Source of the DNA: Candidatus Zambryskibacteria bacterium CG10_big_fil_rev_8_21_14_0_10_42_12
Lineage (GTDB): Bacteria > Patescibacteriota > Minisyncoccia > Phycocordibacterales > 1-14-0-10-42-12
Length of the DNA stretch: 64,000 nucleotides
Direction: 5' to 3'
Assembly (NCBI GenBank): GCA_002787695.1
Contig: PCXL01000013.1
Span: 31,168-95,167, forward strand
Shown here: piece by piece, positions 19,096-28,243 of the stretch
Layout of the letters: the number at the start of each line of letters is the position of its first letter
How positions within the stretch are numbered: position 1 is the stretch's first letter
Notes under the pieces: model-generated
Told to the model about the DNA's origin: nothing
What the model saw: only the letters and a program-made list of their open reading frames with translations
The model's database searches: none
Program-made: the position numbers and the translations under genes

Positions 19096-21027
19096 ATGAA
19101 ATCTAAAAAGCAGAAAGGTGTGGGCAAAAAAGACCCCTTTATTGAGGGTGTTATTTTTGTTACCCGAAAAGGCAACGCATTTGTTACACACGAGGACTTC
19201 AAAGAAGATATTGAAATAGAAGCACACAAAACTGGTGTGGCACTCCACGGAGATATGGTCAAAGTGCTTGTATATCCGGCAGTTCACAACAGGCGGCGAG
19301 GCGGCGAAGTCACTGAGGTTATTACTCGAGCAAAACACCGGCTTGTTGGCACAACAATTGCAGATAAAGAGTCTGTGTATTTTGAGTCTGATGATAAACA
19401 CATTCCGCTCAAATTTGAAATAGAAAAAGGAGAAGAAGTCAGTCCAAAATCTAAAGTTTATGTAGACCTACTCCCTTGGACCGACCCCAAACAAAGACCA
19501 AAGGTTCGCATACTTGAAGTACTTGGTCCCAAAGGAGATCACGAGTCAGAAACTCGTGCGATTCTGCTCTCTCATGATATTGATACCCGTTTCCCTGCAC
19601 CTGTTGAGAAAGAAGCAGAAAAAATAAAACAAGAACATGTGATATCTGCCGAAGGACGATTTGATTTCAGAGATCGGACAACATGTACCATCGACCCCGT
19701 TGATGCAAAAGACTTTGACGATGCGCTTTCTCTCAAAGATCTCGGAAACAACTGGTACGAGGTTGGCATTCATATTGCAGACGTTTCTCATTTTGTCCGC
19801 TCAGGAACCGCACTCGATCAAGAAGCCAAAGCACGTGCACTATCTGTCTACCTGGTCGACCGCACTATTCCCATGCTTCCGGAAATCCTTTCAAACGATC
19901 TCTGCAGTTTGAATCCCAATGAAGAAAAGTATGCGTTCTCTGCGGTTTTTGAGATGAATCTAAATGGAGAAGTCCGCAAACGCTCATTTGGCAAAAGTGT
20001 TATCAAATCGAACAAACGCTTTACCTATGAAGAAGCTCAGGACGTGCTCGATGGGAAATCTGACGTGCTTAAGAAAGAACTCGATATCCTAGAGGAAATA
20101 GCTCAAGCGCTACGAAAAACAAAAGTAGCTGCCGGCGCCATAGAGTTCGATACCGAAGAAGTGAAGTTTGAACTCGATAAAGACAAAAAACCGATTCGTG
20201 TCTACAAAAAAGAGCGCCTAGAAACCATGCGCATGATCGAAGACTTTATGCTCCTTGCAAACCGCGAGGTTGCCTCTTTTGTCTCCAACAAGAAAAACGG
20301 AAAAACACTTGATACGTTCGTATTCCGTGTACACGATGTACCAAACGTAGAAAAAATTGAAGAGCTTTTCTCTTTCCTTCACGCACTTGGTTATGACGTT
20401 GACGCAAATGAAAAAGATTTGACTCCAAAAGACATCCAGAAAATTTTAGACCATATTGAAGACAAACCAGAAGCGGCAACGATCAAAACAGCGATCCTCC
20501 GTTCTATGGCAAAAGCAACATATACGACGACAAACATTGGGCACTTTGGTCTTGCCTTTGATTACTATACGCATTTCACTTCCCCTATCAGACGTTACCC
20601 TGACCTCATGGTGCATCGTCTGTTAGACAATTTCCTCAAGGGTAAGCAAGAAAAGAACGATATCATGTTGCGCTACGAACAAATCCTTCGTGATGCAACA
20701 CAAAAAGAAATCAGCGCCATGACAGCGGAACGCGACTCTATAAAGATGAAGCAAGTCGAATACATGAAAGAACATATAGGAGAAACGTTTGACGGTATCA
20801 TTACCGGAGCAACTGAATGGGGTGTCTATGTCGAGGAGAAAGAGAGTAAAGCAGAAGGTATGATCCGTCTCAAAGATTTATCAGATGACTACTTCACCTT
20901 TGATCCAAAATCGTATTCAGTAATCGGAACCAAAACAAAGAAAAAATTCGCCATCGGTGATAAGGTAAAAGTGAAACTGATTGGTGTGAATATAGATGAC
21001 CGAACGATTGATTGGTCGTTGGTATAA
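19096..21027 (+). CDS. rnr: Ribonuclease R / RNase II family exoribonuclease
   Basis: RNB catalytic motif TIDPVDAKDFDDALS, N-terminal CSD-like region, C-terminal S1-like region. Confidence 0.9.
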   Translation: MKSKKQKGVGKKDPFIEGVIFVTRKGNAFVTHEDFKEDIEIEAHKTGVALHGDMVKVLVYPAVHNRRRGGEVTEVITRAKHRLVGTTIADKESVYFESDDKHIPLKFEIEKGEEVSPKSKVYVDLLPWTDPKQRPKVRILEVLGPKGDHESETRAILLSHDIDTRFPAPVEKEAEKIKQEHVISAEGRFDFRDRTTCTIDPVDAKDFDDALSLKDLGNNWYEVGIHIADVSHFVRSGTALDQEAKARALSVYLVDRTIPMLPEILSNDLCSLNPNEEKYAFSAVFEMNLNGEVRKRSFGKSVIKSNKRFTYEEAQDVLDGKSDVLKKELDILEEIAQALRKTKVAAGAIEFDTEEVKFELDKDKKPIRVYKKERLETMRMIEDFMLLANREVASFVSNKKNGKTLDTFVFRVHDVPNVEKIEELFSFLHALGYDVDANEKDLTPKDIQKILDHIEDKPEAATIKTAILRSMAKATYTTTNIGHFGLAFDYYTHFTSPIRRYPDLMVHRLLDNFLKGKQEKNDIMLRYEQILRDATQKEISAMTAERDSIKMKQVEYMKEHIGETFDGIITGATEWGVYVEEKESKAEGMIRLKDLSDDYFTFDPKSYSVIGTKTKKKFAIGDKVKVKLIGVNIDDRTIDWSLV

Positions 21028-21036
21028 TTTTTTATA

Positions 21037-21064
21037 CTTGACTTATATTTTTAATATGATATTA
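21037..21064 (+). promoter_or_regulatory. Consensus sigma-70 promoter TTGACT-N16-TATTAT, almost identical to the one at 17079
   Basis: TTGACT at 21037-21042, TATTAT at 21059-21064. Confidence 0.5.
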
Positions 21065-21093
21065 TAAACACATCGCTCAAGGAGGGCGAGACC

Positions 21094-21369
21094 GTGTATA
21101 CAGATTACAGTCCATTGGTTAACTTTCCCCGATTTCGCAACTACCGCGGCCACCAGGTCGTAGTAATCGAAGGAGGAGAAAGAGCGAGTGACGTTCTAAG
21201 GTTTGCCAGAAGACACGAATTGACCACCGTTGACACGGATGGCGACGAAACCTTCTGGATCGTGTTTGCTCTCGAACCCAGACGGGTTTGGGACTTCACG
21301 GCACGAGCCTTACGACGAACGCTTTGGTCGGGGCGCTACCCCGGCGGGACACCGCGACAACCAAAGTAG
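21094..21369 (+). CDS. GC-rich small basic protein (91 aa, GTG start, strong AAGGAGGG SD). Could alternatively be part of a structured ncRNA
   Basis: SD at 21079-21086, 7 nt before the GTG. The ORF runs to a TAG at 21367-21369. About 60% GC. No recognizable family. Confidence 0.3.
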   Translation: MYTDYSPLVNFPRFRNYRGHQVVVIEGGERASDVLRFARRHELTTVDTDGDETFWIVFALEPRRVWDFTARALRRTLWSGRYPGGTPRQPK

Positions 21370-21484
21370 CCTCGCTGCCGTCTACGCCCGGCCAAAGACG
21401 TAGGGCGCGACCGTCGCGCCACGGACGCCGGCCCGATCGCCGGCGGGACGCTGAATCTGTATATACTAAAAAAATTATGTAAGT

Positions 21485-21508
21485 TTCATCACACAGGCCT
21501 TCGGGCCT
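21485..21508 (+). terminator. Rho-independent terminator that closes the GC-rich unit
   Basis: caggcc-ttcg-ggcctg followed by tttcttttt. Confidence 0.6.
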
Positions 21509-21525
21509 GTTTCTTTTTATAAATT

Positions 21526-23772
21526 TTATTTAGCCACTTCCGATGCTTCATCAAATGAAATAGAGAGGAGTTTTGAGACGCCATCCTTGCCCATGGTCAC
21601 ACCATAGATAGAACCAGCGCGAGACATGGTTTCTCTATTGTGAGTGATGAGGATGAGTTGCGACTTTGAAGCAAGTGTCTCTATCATATCTCCATATTTT
21701 TTAGAATTTGCTTCATCGAGCGCCGCGTCTGTCTCATCGAGAATAATAAATGGAGGCGGATTGACCTGAGAGATCGCAAAGAGAAGGGCGATGGATGTCA
21801 GTGCTCTTTCACCTCCTGAGAGCATCATGAGTCCCTTGATACGCTTTCGCGGGAGCGAGACATCTACATCTACCCCTTCGTCATATTCTTGTGTTTCTTC
21901 TTCATCGCCAGAGGACTCTTCACTATCTTCACCTTCCAAATCAAACAGTTTTCTTTTTCGTTTTGCTTCTTTTACTACTTTGAGTCCTGCAGTTCCTCCG
22001 CCAAACATCAGTGAAAAGAACTCATTGAACTGTGAGTTTATTTTTTCTAACCCTGTTTTAAATTTAACTTCAAGTTCTGTTTCCAAATCTTTAATCAAGC
22101 TCGTGAGAGACTCGACCGATTTTTCAAGATCAATAAGTTCGCCAGCCAAAAATTCATCGCGTTCATTTGCTTGTTTGTATTCATTCAAAATATCCGCTCC
22201 TCCACCAGCTCCCATATCCTCGAGGCGGATTTTTATCCTCTCAATCTGCTTTCTGCGCTCCTCCTGTATACTTCTCTCCTCATTCGCATTTTTATAGGTA
22301 TCTACGTTGTTTTTATAGTCCAAGATACTTGTACCAATAAGTACATGCCCTTCTGTTATCTCCTGCTTAAAATCTGCATCTGCCCTGCGCCATGTTTCTA
22401 ACCGCATATGAAGATCGTGAAGCGCACTTGTCACTTCTTGTCTTTCTGCAAGCAATTTGAATATCTCCTTTTCTGAATCTCGCTTCTCGTCTTTCTCTGC
22501 CTCGATACTTTGTCGTACTTGTTCATAAGCTCGTCGTGCGTCTGTTTCTTTTTGATTGAGCTCTTCGAGCTTCTGTTTGATCTCTTCTGTTTTTTTGCGA
22601 AGCTCTTTGAGTTCTCCTTCAAATTCTTTCGCACGTGCATCGTCTACTTCTTCTCGATACGTATGGATGAGACCACCAACAATTTCTTTTACTTTGCTCC
22701 ACAAAAGTGACACCGTAAGTCCGTCTGTTTGTGACTCTGCTTCCAAACGAGAAAGTGCGCTTTCAACCTCGCGAAGCGGTACTGTCTTGTGTTCATTTTG
22801 TTCATGTCTCCTGCGTTCATCCGAGAGAAGTCGCTCGATACTGCGTTCTTCTCCAGAAACCCTACCCTGCTCAAGCACCAACGCTTCTCTTTCTTTGCGT
22901 ACCGCCTGGAGAAGAGCTTCTTTCTCAATAAGTTCACTAGACCTCGTTTCTGTTTTTTCTTCGGAAATTACAGCCTTGAGTTTTTCTATTGTTTTATCAA
23001 GCTCCTTCAATTTTTCATCAAGCGGTTTCGTTTTTGTCTTGATCTCATGTTCTTCTTTTTCTATATATGCAAATTCCCGTGCTAAATATTCTTCATAACG
23101 CTCAGAAAGTTCACGCCTCATGGCCTCCCCTTTTTCTATTTTTTCCACCTGTTTTTTAAGAAATTTGATATGTGGTGCAATCTCTCGACGCAGTGAAGAG
23201 ACTTTGTCTATGTTTTCTCGTGTCTTATCGAGCTTTCTGATACTTTCTTCTTTTTTGTATTGATACGCTTTGAGTCCCAGTGCATCCTCTATCATTCCCT
23301 TTCTCTCTTTCACTGTTGCTGAAAGGATTCTGTCTGCTTCTCCTTGAGAAATAATATGGTGTCCTGAAGATCCAATATTGGCGCTCGAGAGAAGTTCTGT
23401 GATGTCTTTGAGTCGCACCTGAGAACCATTTATAAAATATTCGTTGTTGCCATCACGATGCACCACACGTTCAATCGTCACCTCAGGAAAATCGATACTT
23501 AAAAACTTTTTTGAGTTATCAAAAACAACTTTGACACCAGCACGATTGGCACGAGGAGCATTCTCATTTCCATTCCAGATAAGATCTTCACCACGTTTTC
23601 CTCGAAGAGACTTGATAGACTGCTCCCCAAGTACAAAGCGAAACGATTCTGCTACGTTTGATTTACCCGATCCATTTGGTCCGACAATACCCGTCACGCG
23701 TGACGTAAAAGAAAAAAGACTCTTTTTTGCAAAAGATTTAAAGCCGGAAAGTTCAATTGATTTCAGTAACAT
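21526..23772 (-). CDS. smc: SMC-family chromosome segregation ATPase (short form, 748 aa)
   Basis: N-terminal FKSFA..GPNGSGKSN Walker A. C-terminal LSGGERALTSIALLFAI signature, ILDETDAALD Walker B. Long central coiled coil. Confidence 0.8.
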   Translation of the reverse strand: MLLKSIELSGFKSFAKKSLFSFTSRVTGIVGPNGSGKSNVAESFRFVLGEQSIKSLRGKRGEDLIWNGNENAPRANRAGVKVVFDNSKKFLSIDFPEVTIERVVHRDGNNEYFINGSQVRLKDITELLSSANIGSSGHHIISQGEADRILSATVKERKGMIEDALGLKAYQYKKEESIRKLDKTRENIDKVSSLRREIAPHIKFLKKQVEKIEKGEAMRRELSERYEEYLAREFAYIEKEEHEIKTKTKPLDEKLKELDKTIEKLKAVISEEKTETRSSELIEKEALLQAVRKEREALVLEQGRVSGEERSIERLLSDERRRHEQNEHKTVPLREVESALSRLEAESQTDGLTVSLLWSKVKEIVGGLIHTYREEVDDARAKEFEGELKELRKKTEEIKQKLEELNQKETDARRAYEQVRQSIEAEKDEKRDSEKEIFKLLAERQEVTSALHDLHMRLETWRRADADFKQEITEGHVLIGTSILDYKNNVDTYKNANEERSIQEERRKQIERIKIRLEDMGAGGGADILNEYKQANERDEFLAGELIDLEKSVESLTSLIKDLETELEVKFKTGLEKINSQFNEFFSLMFGGGTAGLKVVKEAKRKRKLFDLEGEDSEESSGDEEETQEYDEGVDVDVSLPRKRIKGLMMLSGGERALTSIALLFAISQVNPPPFIILDETDAALDEANSKKYGDMIETLASKSQLILITHNRETMSRAGSIYGVTMGKDGVSKLLSISFDEASEVAK

Positions 23773-23792
23773 ACAGAAATATTACTATACCC

Positions 23793-24818
23793 TTACTTTT
23801 TCCGCTTAATCACTTTGTTTATAGCTTCTTTTATATGACTAACTCCCATGGAGTAGTGTTCGATCAGTTCGTCCGGTGTTCCCGACTGCCCATACTGATC
23901 TCGTACACCAACAAATTCAATTGGTGTCGGATGATGTTCTGCCAGATATTCAGCAACCGCACTTCCCATCCCTCCAGCGATTTGGTGTTCCTCGACGGTT
24001 ACCAGCGCACCCGTTTCTCTTGCGAGTTTCAAAATCGCATCCGTATCGAGTGGTTTTATCGTGTGTAGATTCATCACGCGTACCATTGCTCCGTCGTTTG
24101 AAAGCGTTTTCGCTACTACCAGTGCTTTGTGAAGCAATGCACCCGTCGCAATGATGCCTACATCTGGATTTTTACCGTCATGCGAAGAATCAAAAAAAAT
24201 CTGCGCTTTGCCGATTTCAAACGGAGTTTCCTCTGTTGTCATCACCGGTGTTTTTTCTCGCGCCAGACGGATGTAGGTAGGATCTTTTGTTTTAGCAAGG
24301 GCAATTGTTGCCTTTCTTGCTTCTATTGCATCGCACGGAGAAATAACCACCATACGCGGCAATACGCGCATGAGCGCAATATCTTCTATGGCCTGGTGTG
24401 TGCCACCGTCTGGTCCAACCGAAATCCCTGAGTGAGACCCTACGATTTTCACCGGTCGGTCGTTATAGGTAATTGTAGTTCGAATTTGTTCCCAATTTCT
24501 CCCCGGAGAAAACATAGCGTACGAAGAGACAAAGGGAATTTTACCCATAGCGGCCATCCCCGAAGCAACCGTTACTAAATTTTGCTCTGCAACACCTATT
24601 TCGATAAATCTGTTGGGAAATTTGTCTGCAAAAAGGTTCATTTTGGTTGATTCAACAAGATCAGCACAAAGTCCCACAACATTTTCGTCTAGCTCTCCTG
24701 CAGCTAAAAGCCCTTCACCAAAACCTTCGCGAATGGCTTTCATCTCAAAGTCGCTTTCGTCCACCGCGCAATCAGATGGAAATATATTTGGATTTAATTT
24801 TGCTTCTTCGTTGATCAT
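23793..24818 (-). CDS. tkt: Transketolase, C-terminal (pyrimidine-binding plus C-terminal domain) subunit
   Basis: FIEIGVAEQNLVTVASGMA and ISVGPDGGTHQAIEDIALMR motifs. Split-gene arrangement. Confidence 0.88.
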   Translation of the reverse strand: MINEEAKLNPNIFPSDCAVDESDFEMKAIREGFGEGLLAAGELDENVVGLCADLVESTKMNLFADKFPNRFIEIGVAEQNLVTVASGMAAMGKIPFVSSYAMFSPGRNWEQIRTTITYNDRPVKIVGSHSGISVGPDGGTHQAIEDIALMRVLPRMVVISPCDAIEARKATIALAKTKDPTYIRLAREKTPVMTTEETPFEIGKAQIFFDSSHDGKNPDVGIIATGALLHKALVVAKTLSNDGAMVRVMNLHTIKPLDTDAILKLARETGALVTVEEHQIAGGMGSAVAEYLAEHHPTPIEFVGVRDQYGQSGTPDELIEHYSMGVSHIKEAINKVIKRKK

Positions 24819-24822
24819 GTTT

Positions 24823-25107
24823 TTATGACTGCAAAATCATATATATAAGCATGGCTACAAATCCAATCAGAAACCATTTCATATAAGCTATATACGCTCG
24901 CCTTTTGTTTTTCCACATAAATAGAGCTGGGATAATCAAGAGAAAGAATTGAAATACAATATATACATAGAGGTAATTGGTTGAATCCGGAGCACCAAAC
25001 AAAAGTAACCCTACGATAGGCGCCGATACAAATGGTATTAAAAATCCACGAACTGAATATGCTGTGTTACTGATTGGCTTATTTTGTTGAGTATTTTGCT
25101 GTTGCAT
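24823..25107 (-). CDS. Small polytopic membrane protein (94 aa) inserted between the two transketolase halves
   Basis: Two to three predicted TM helices. 4 nt from the downstream gene and 11 nt from the upstream gene. Confidence 0.4.
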   Translation of the reverse strand: MQQQNTQQNKPISNTAYSVRGFLIPFVSAPIVGLLLFGAPDSTNYLYVYIVFQFFLLIIPALFMWKNKRRAYIAYMKWFLIGFVAMLIYMILQS

Positions 25108-25118
25108 ATATTAAAAAA

Positions 25119-25982
25119 TTAAAAATTAATAGCTCTAAGTTCCTTAAGCGCAACTTCTCCTTGCTTATCTTTAGTCACAACATCTTCCGGACCTTTGCCT
25201 GGCGGATTGCCATGCCACTCGTATCTGTTTTCCATAAATGACACACCTTTGCCCGGTACGGTATCCGCCACGATAATGACAGGTTTGTTTTCAACACTAC
25301 GTGCTTCTTTAATACCGCGAATAATATCGAGGATATCGTTCCCATTTATTTCAATGACATGCCAATTGAACGCTTTATATTTTTCAACGAATGGATCAAG
25401 TGGCATAATCTCTTCGGTATTACCATCGATCTGAATATAGTTTCTATCTATTATTTGAATAAGGTTGTGCAGTTTTTCTTTTCCAGCCAAGAGCACTGCT
25501 TCCCAGGTATTTCCTTCATTGTGTTCCCCGTCGCTCGTTAAACACCACACAATTCTATCGTTTTGCTTTCCATCTATTCTGTCCGCAAGTGCCATACCAA
25601 CAGCTTGCGAAAGTCCAGAACCAAGCGGACCAGAACTGTTTTCAAGCATAGGCAAATACTCCCGATGCGGATGACCTTGAAGGCGTGAACCAAATTTACG
25701 GAGCGTTTTTAATTCTTCTACAGGAAAATATCCGGCATGCGCCATAGCACTGTATAACACCGGACAAATATGACCGTTTGAAAGTACGAGCCGATCTCGC
25801 TCTTCCCACTCCGGATTCTTTGGGTCATGCTTCATTTCTTTGAAATAGAGCACGGAAAAAATATCCGCCATGCCAAGGGGACCTCCTGAATGCCCCGATT
25901 TTGCTTCTATCAATGCTTCAATAAGCGATATGCGAATATCGTTTGCTTTCTTTTGCAGATGTTTTATTTCTTCAGCCGACAT
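25119..25982 (-). CDS. tkt: Transketolase, N-terminal (thiamine diphosphate-binding) subunit
   Basis: GHSGGPLGMADIF and SNGHICPVLY motifs, GDG..EG TPP-binding region. Confidence 0.88.
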   Translation of the reverse strand: MSAEEIKHLQKKANDIRISLIEALIEAKSGHSGGPLGMADIFSVLYFKEMKHDPKNPEWEERDRLVLSNGHICPVLYSAMAHAGYFPVEELKTLRKFGSRLQGHPHREYLPMLENSSGPLGSGLSQAVGMALADRIDGKQNDRIVWCLTSDGEHNEGNTWEAVLLAGKEKLHNLIQIIDRNYIQIDGNTEEIMPLDPFVEKYKAFNWHVIEINGNDILDIIRGIKEARSVENKPVIIVADTVPGKGVSFMENRYEWHGNPPGKGPEDVVTKDKQGEVALKELRAINF

Positions 25983-25992
25983 TACTATTTAT

Positions 25993-26667
25993 TTAAAGTG
26001 ATTTATAGAAATTAATTTCCTCGACCGGGTCAGTTACGCCAAAAATTCCAGATCCGGAAACGAGTTTTGTTGCACCTGCTTCTACCAGACGCGACGCTGT
26101 TTCTCTGCTTACTCCAATATCAATACTTATTGTAACGTTTTCAAATTTTTCTTTCACTCCCCGGATTTTCTCATACACTGTTTTATCAAGCGTCACTCCA
26201 TTGTGACCGATATTGTCATTACCCATAAATTGCACAAAATCAATTTCTGACATAAATGGATCGAGTACAGAAATATCTTCTCGTGGTTTTAATGCAATGC
26301 CCACTTTTTTATTTCTAGATTTTAAAAATGCAATAACTTCTCGTATTCGTTCGCTAACAGACTCATAATGAATTACAAAAGATTGCGCACCGAGCCGTAT
26401 CCAGTTTTCAACATAATCATCCGGACTCGCTACCATCATATCTATTTCGTATTCCACCTTCTCTACATACGGCAACATCTGATTACCATCAATCATGTTT
26501 TGAAATGCATATGAATCACCTCCATCAAACGGCCACGACACTGTCGGTACAAATATGCCATCCATGATATCAATAGCAATTGTGTCTACATATTGAACAA
26601 CAGAAGAAACTTTTTCTTCCAATTCTTCAAAACTATGAGGGATTATTGCTGGCACTATCTCTGCCAT
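25993..26667 (-). CDS. rpe: Ribulose-phosphate 3-epimerase
   Basis: IDIMDGIFVP motif. TIM barrel of about 220 aa. Confidence 0.88.
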   Translation of the reverse strand: MAEIVPAIIPHSFEELEEKVSSVVQYVDTIAIDIMDGIFVPTVSWPFDGGDSYAFQNMIDGNQMLPYVEKVEYEIDMMVASPDDYVENWIRLGAQSFVIHYESVSERIREVIAFLKSRNKKVGIALKPREDISVLDPFMSEIDFVQFMGNDNIGHNGVTLDKTVYEKIRGVKEKFENVTISIDIGVSRETASRLVEAGATKLVSGSGIFGVTDPVEEINFYKSL

Positions 26668-26668
26668 A

Positions 26669-27178
26669 TTATGTTGTGAGATTTTCTAGTTTACGGAGAC
26701 GCCTCTTGTGTCGTTCATCGTTTGAAAATGGAGTTTCGAGCCACAATTTTACTGCATGAAATGCTTCTTCATTACTCAAAAAACGTGCACCTAATGCGAG
26801 CACATTTGCATCATTGTGCTGACGAGAAATAACAATCTCATGTGGAACCATGCGACCGTCAAGAGGTTTGTATTGCCCATTAAACACAACTGCACGAATA
26901 CCTTGGAACCGATTGGCTGTCATCGCCTCCCCTTGTCCTGATCCGCCGATGATAATCGCTTTTGTTTTAAGAGGATTTTTCAAAACTTCTTTCACCGTTG
27001 GTACGATAAAATCAGGATAGTCATCTCCTTCATCAAACCGAAATGCTCCCTTGTCGAGCACTTTATAACCGAGCCTTTCAAGCTCTTCTTTTAAAAACGT
27101 TTTTAAGTGATACCCCGCATGGTCCGCGCCGATCACTATAGTTTCTACTCTTGGTGCTGCACTGCCAAATCGTCCCAT
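26669..27178 (-). CDS. rpiB: Ribose-5-phosphate isomerase B
   Basis: IVIGADHAGY start and RpiB/LacAB family length. Confidence 0.88.
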   Translation of the reverse strand: MGRFGSAAPRVETIVIGADHAGYHLKTFLKEELERLGYKVLDKGAFRFDEGDDYPDFIVPTVKEVLKNPLKTKAIIIGGSGQGEAMTANRFQGIRAVVFNGQYKPLDGRMVPHEIVISRQHNDANVLALGARFLSNEEAFHAVKLWLETPFSNDERHKRRLRKLENLTT

Positions 27179-27179
27179 A

Positions 27180-28202
27180 TTAAATATAACTTCCTAGACG
27201 AACCACATGTTCGATTAACGCGTACGTATACCCCATTTCGTTGTCATACCAAGCAAGTACCTTAACCAAATTTCCTCCAACAACACGCGTCATAGACAAA
27301 TCGGCAATTGATGCATATTTTTCTCCGATGATGTCCGACGAAACGATCGGTTCATCAGTTGCAGTAAAGACTGGTTTCCAACGCTCTTCCGTTGCAGCTT
27401 TTCGCAATATATCATTCACCTCATCTCTCGTCGTATCTTTTTTTGAAACAAAAGTAACATCGACTATTGAACCAGCAGGCACCGGTACACGCATAGCAAT
27501 ACCATCAAAAAGACCTGTAAGTTCTGGGATCGCTTTCGTTGTTGCAATAGCCGCACCAGTTGAGGTCGGAATAATATTCTGTGCAGCCGCCCTACCTTTT
27601 CGCATATCTTTTTTTGCAGGACCATCAACAATTGCTTGAGTTGAAGTGTAGGCGTGGACTGTGTTGAGCAGAGCTTTTTCAATACCGAGCGCTTCGTGAA
27701 GTATCTGCATGAGCGGACTTCCTGCGTTTGTGGTACATGATGCGTTTGAAGTAATCGTACAGGTTTTCAGTTTTTCATCGTTTACACCGATCAATATAGT
27801 CGCTTCACTTTCATTTCTTGGTTCATCTTTGACTGGTGCAGAAATGACTACACGCTTTGCTCCAGCTGTTTTATGCGCTTCTGCTTTTTCGTATGTTGTA
27901 AATACACCTGTTGATTCAACGACAACATCTATATCCAAATCTCCCCATGGCAATTTTACTGGGTCTGGTTCAGACACAAATTTAATCTCTTTACCATCGA
28001 CCACCAAATTGCCTCCAGATACTTCTACGCTGAAAGGAGACTTCCCGTACACAGTGTCGTATTTGATGAGATATGCAATATTATCAATACTACCCAAATC
28101 ATTTACCGCAACAACTTCGAGTTCATCCCGAGTGAGCGCAGCCTTTAAAAAGGCTCTGCCAATTCTTCCTGCTCCATTAATAGCAACGCGTGTCTTCTTC
28201 AT
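27180..28202 (-). CDS. gap: Glyceraldehyde-3-phosphate dehydrogenase
   Basis: INGAGRIGR Rossmann motif and the SNASCTTN catalytic cysteine motif. Confidence 0.93.
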   Translation of the reverse strand: MKKTRVAINGAGRIGRAFLKAALTRDELEVVAVNDLGSIDNIAYLIKYDTVYGKSPFSVEVSGGNLVVDGKEIKFVSEPDPVKLPWGDLDIDVVVESTGVFTTYEKAEAHKTAGAKRVVISAPVKDEPRNESEATILIGVNDEKLKTCTITSNASCTTNAGSPLMQILHEALGIEKALLNTVHAYTSTQAIVDGPAKKDMRKGRAAAQNIIPTSTGAAIATTKAIPELTGLFDGIAMRVPVPAGSIVDVTFVSKKDTTRDEVNDILRKAATEERWKPVFTATDEPIVSSDIIGEKYASIADLSMTRVVGGNLVKVLAWYDNEMGYTYALIEHVVRLGSYI

Positions 28203-28243
28203 AGACTCAAGATTAAAAGTAATACTGTTTTATTGTATCACAG

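Noticed and set aside
21288-21482. A 64-aa Arg-rich ORF in the GC-rich unit
   Set aside because: It is an alternative frame over the GC hairpin region with no SD. It is likely non-coding.
21037-21508. tmRNA (ssrA) or RNase P RNA as the identity of the GC-rich unit next to rnr
   Set aside because: There is no tRNA-like T-arm with a CCA 3' end, no Ala-Ala-stop tag frame, and no GGAAAGUCC (P4) or other RNase P universal motif visible by eye. It is kept as an unassigned protein-or-RNA unit.
21526-23772. RecN or RecF instead of SMC
   Set aside because: The FKSFA...GPNGSGKSN N-terminus, the LSGGE signature and a >700-aa coiled-coil architecture fit SMC. RecN has GETGAGKS and is about 550 aa.
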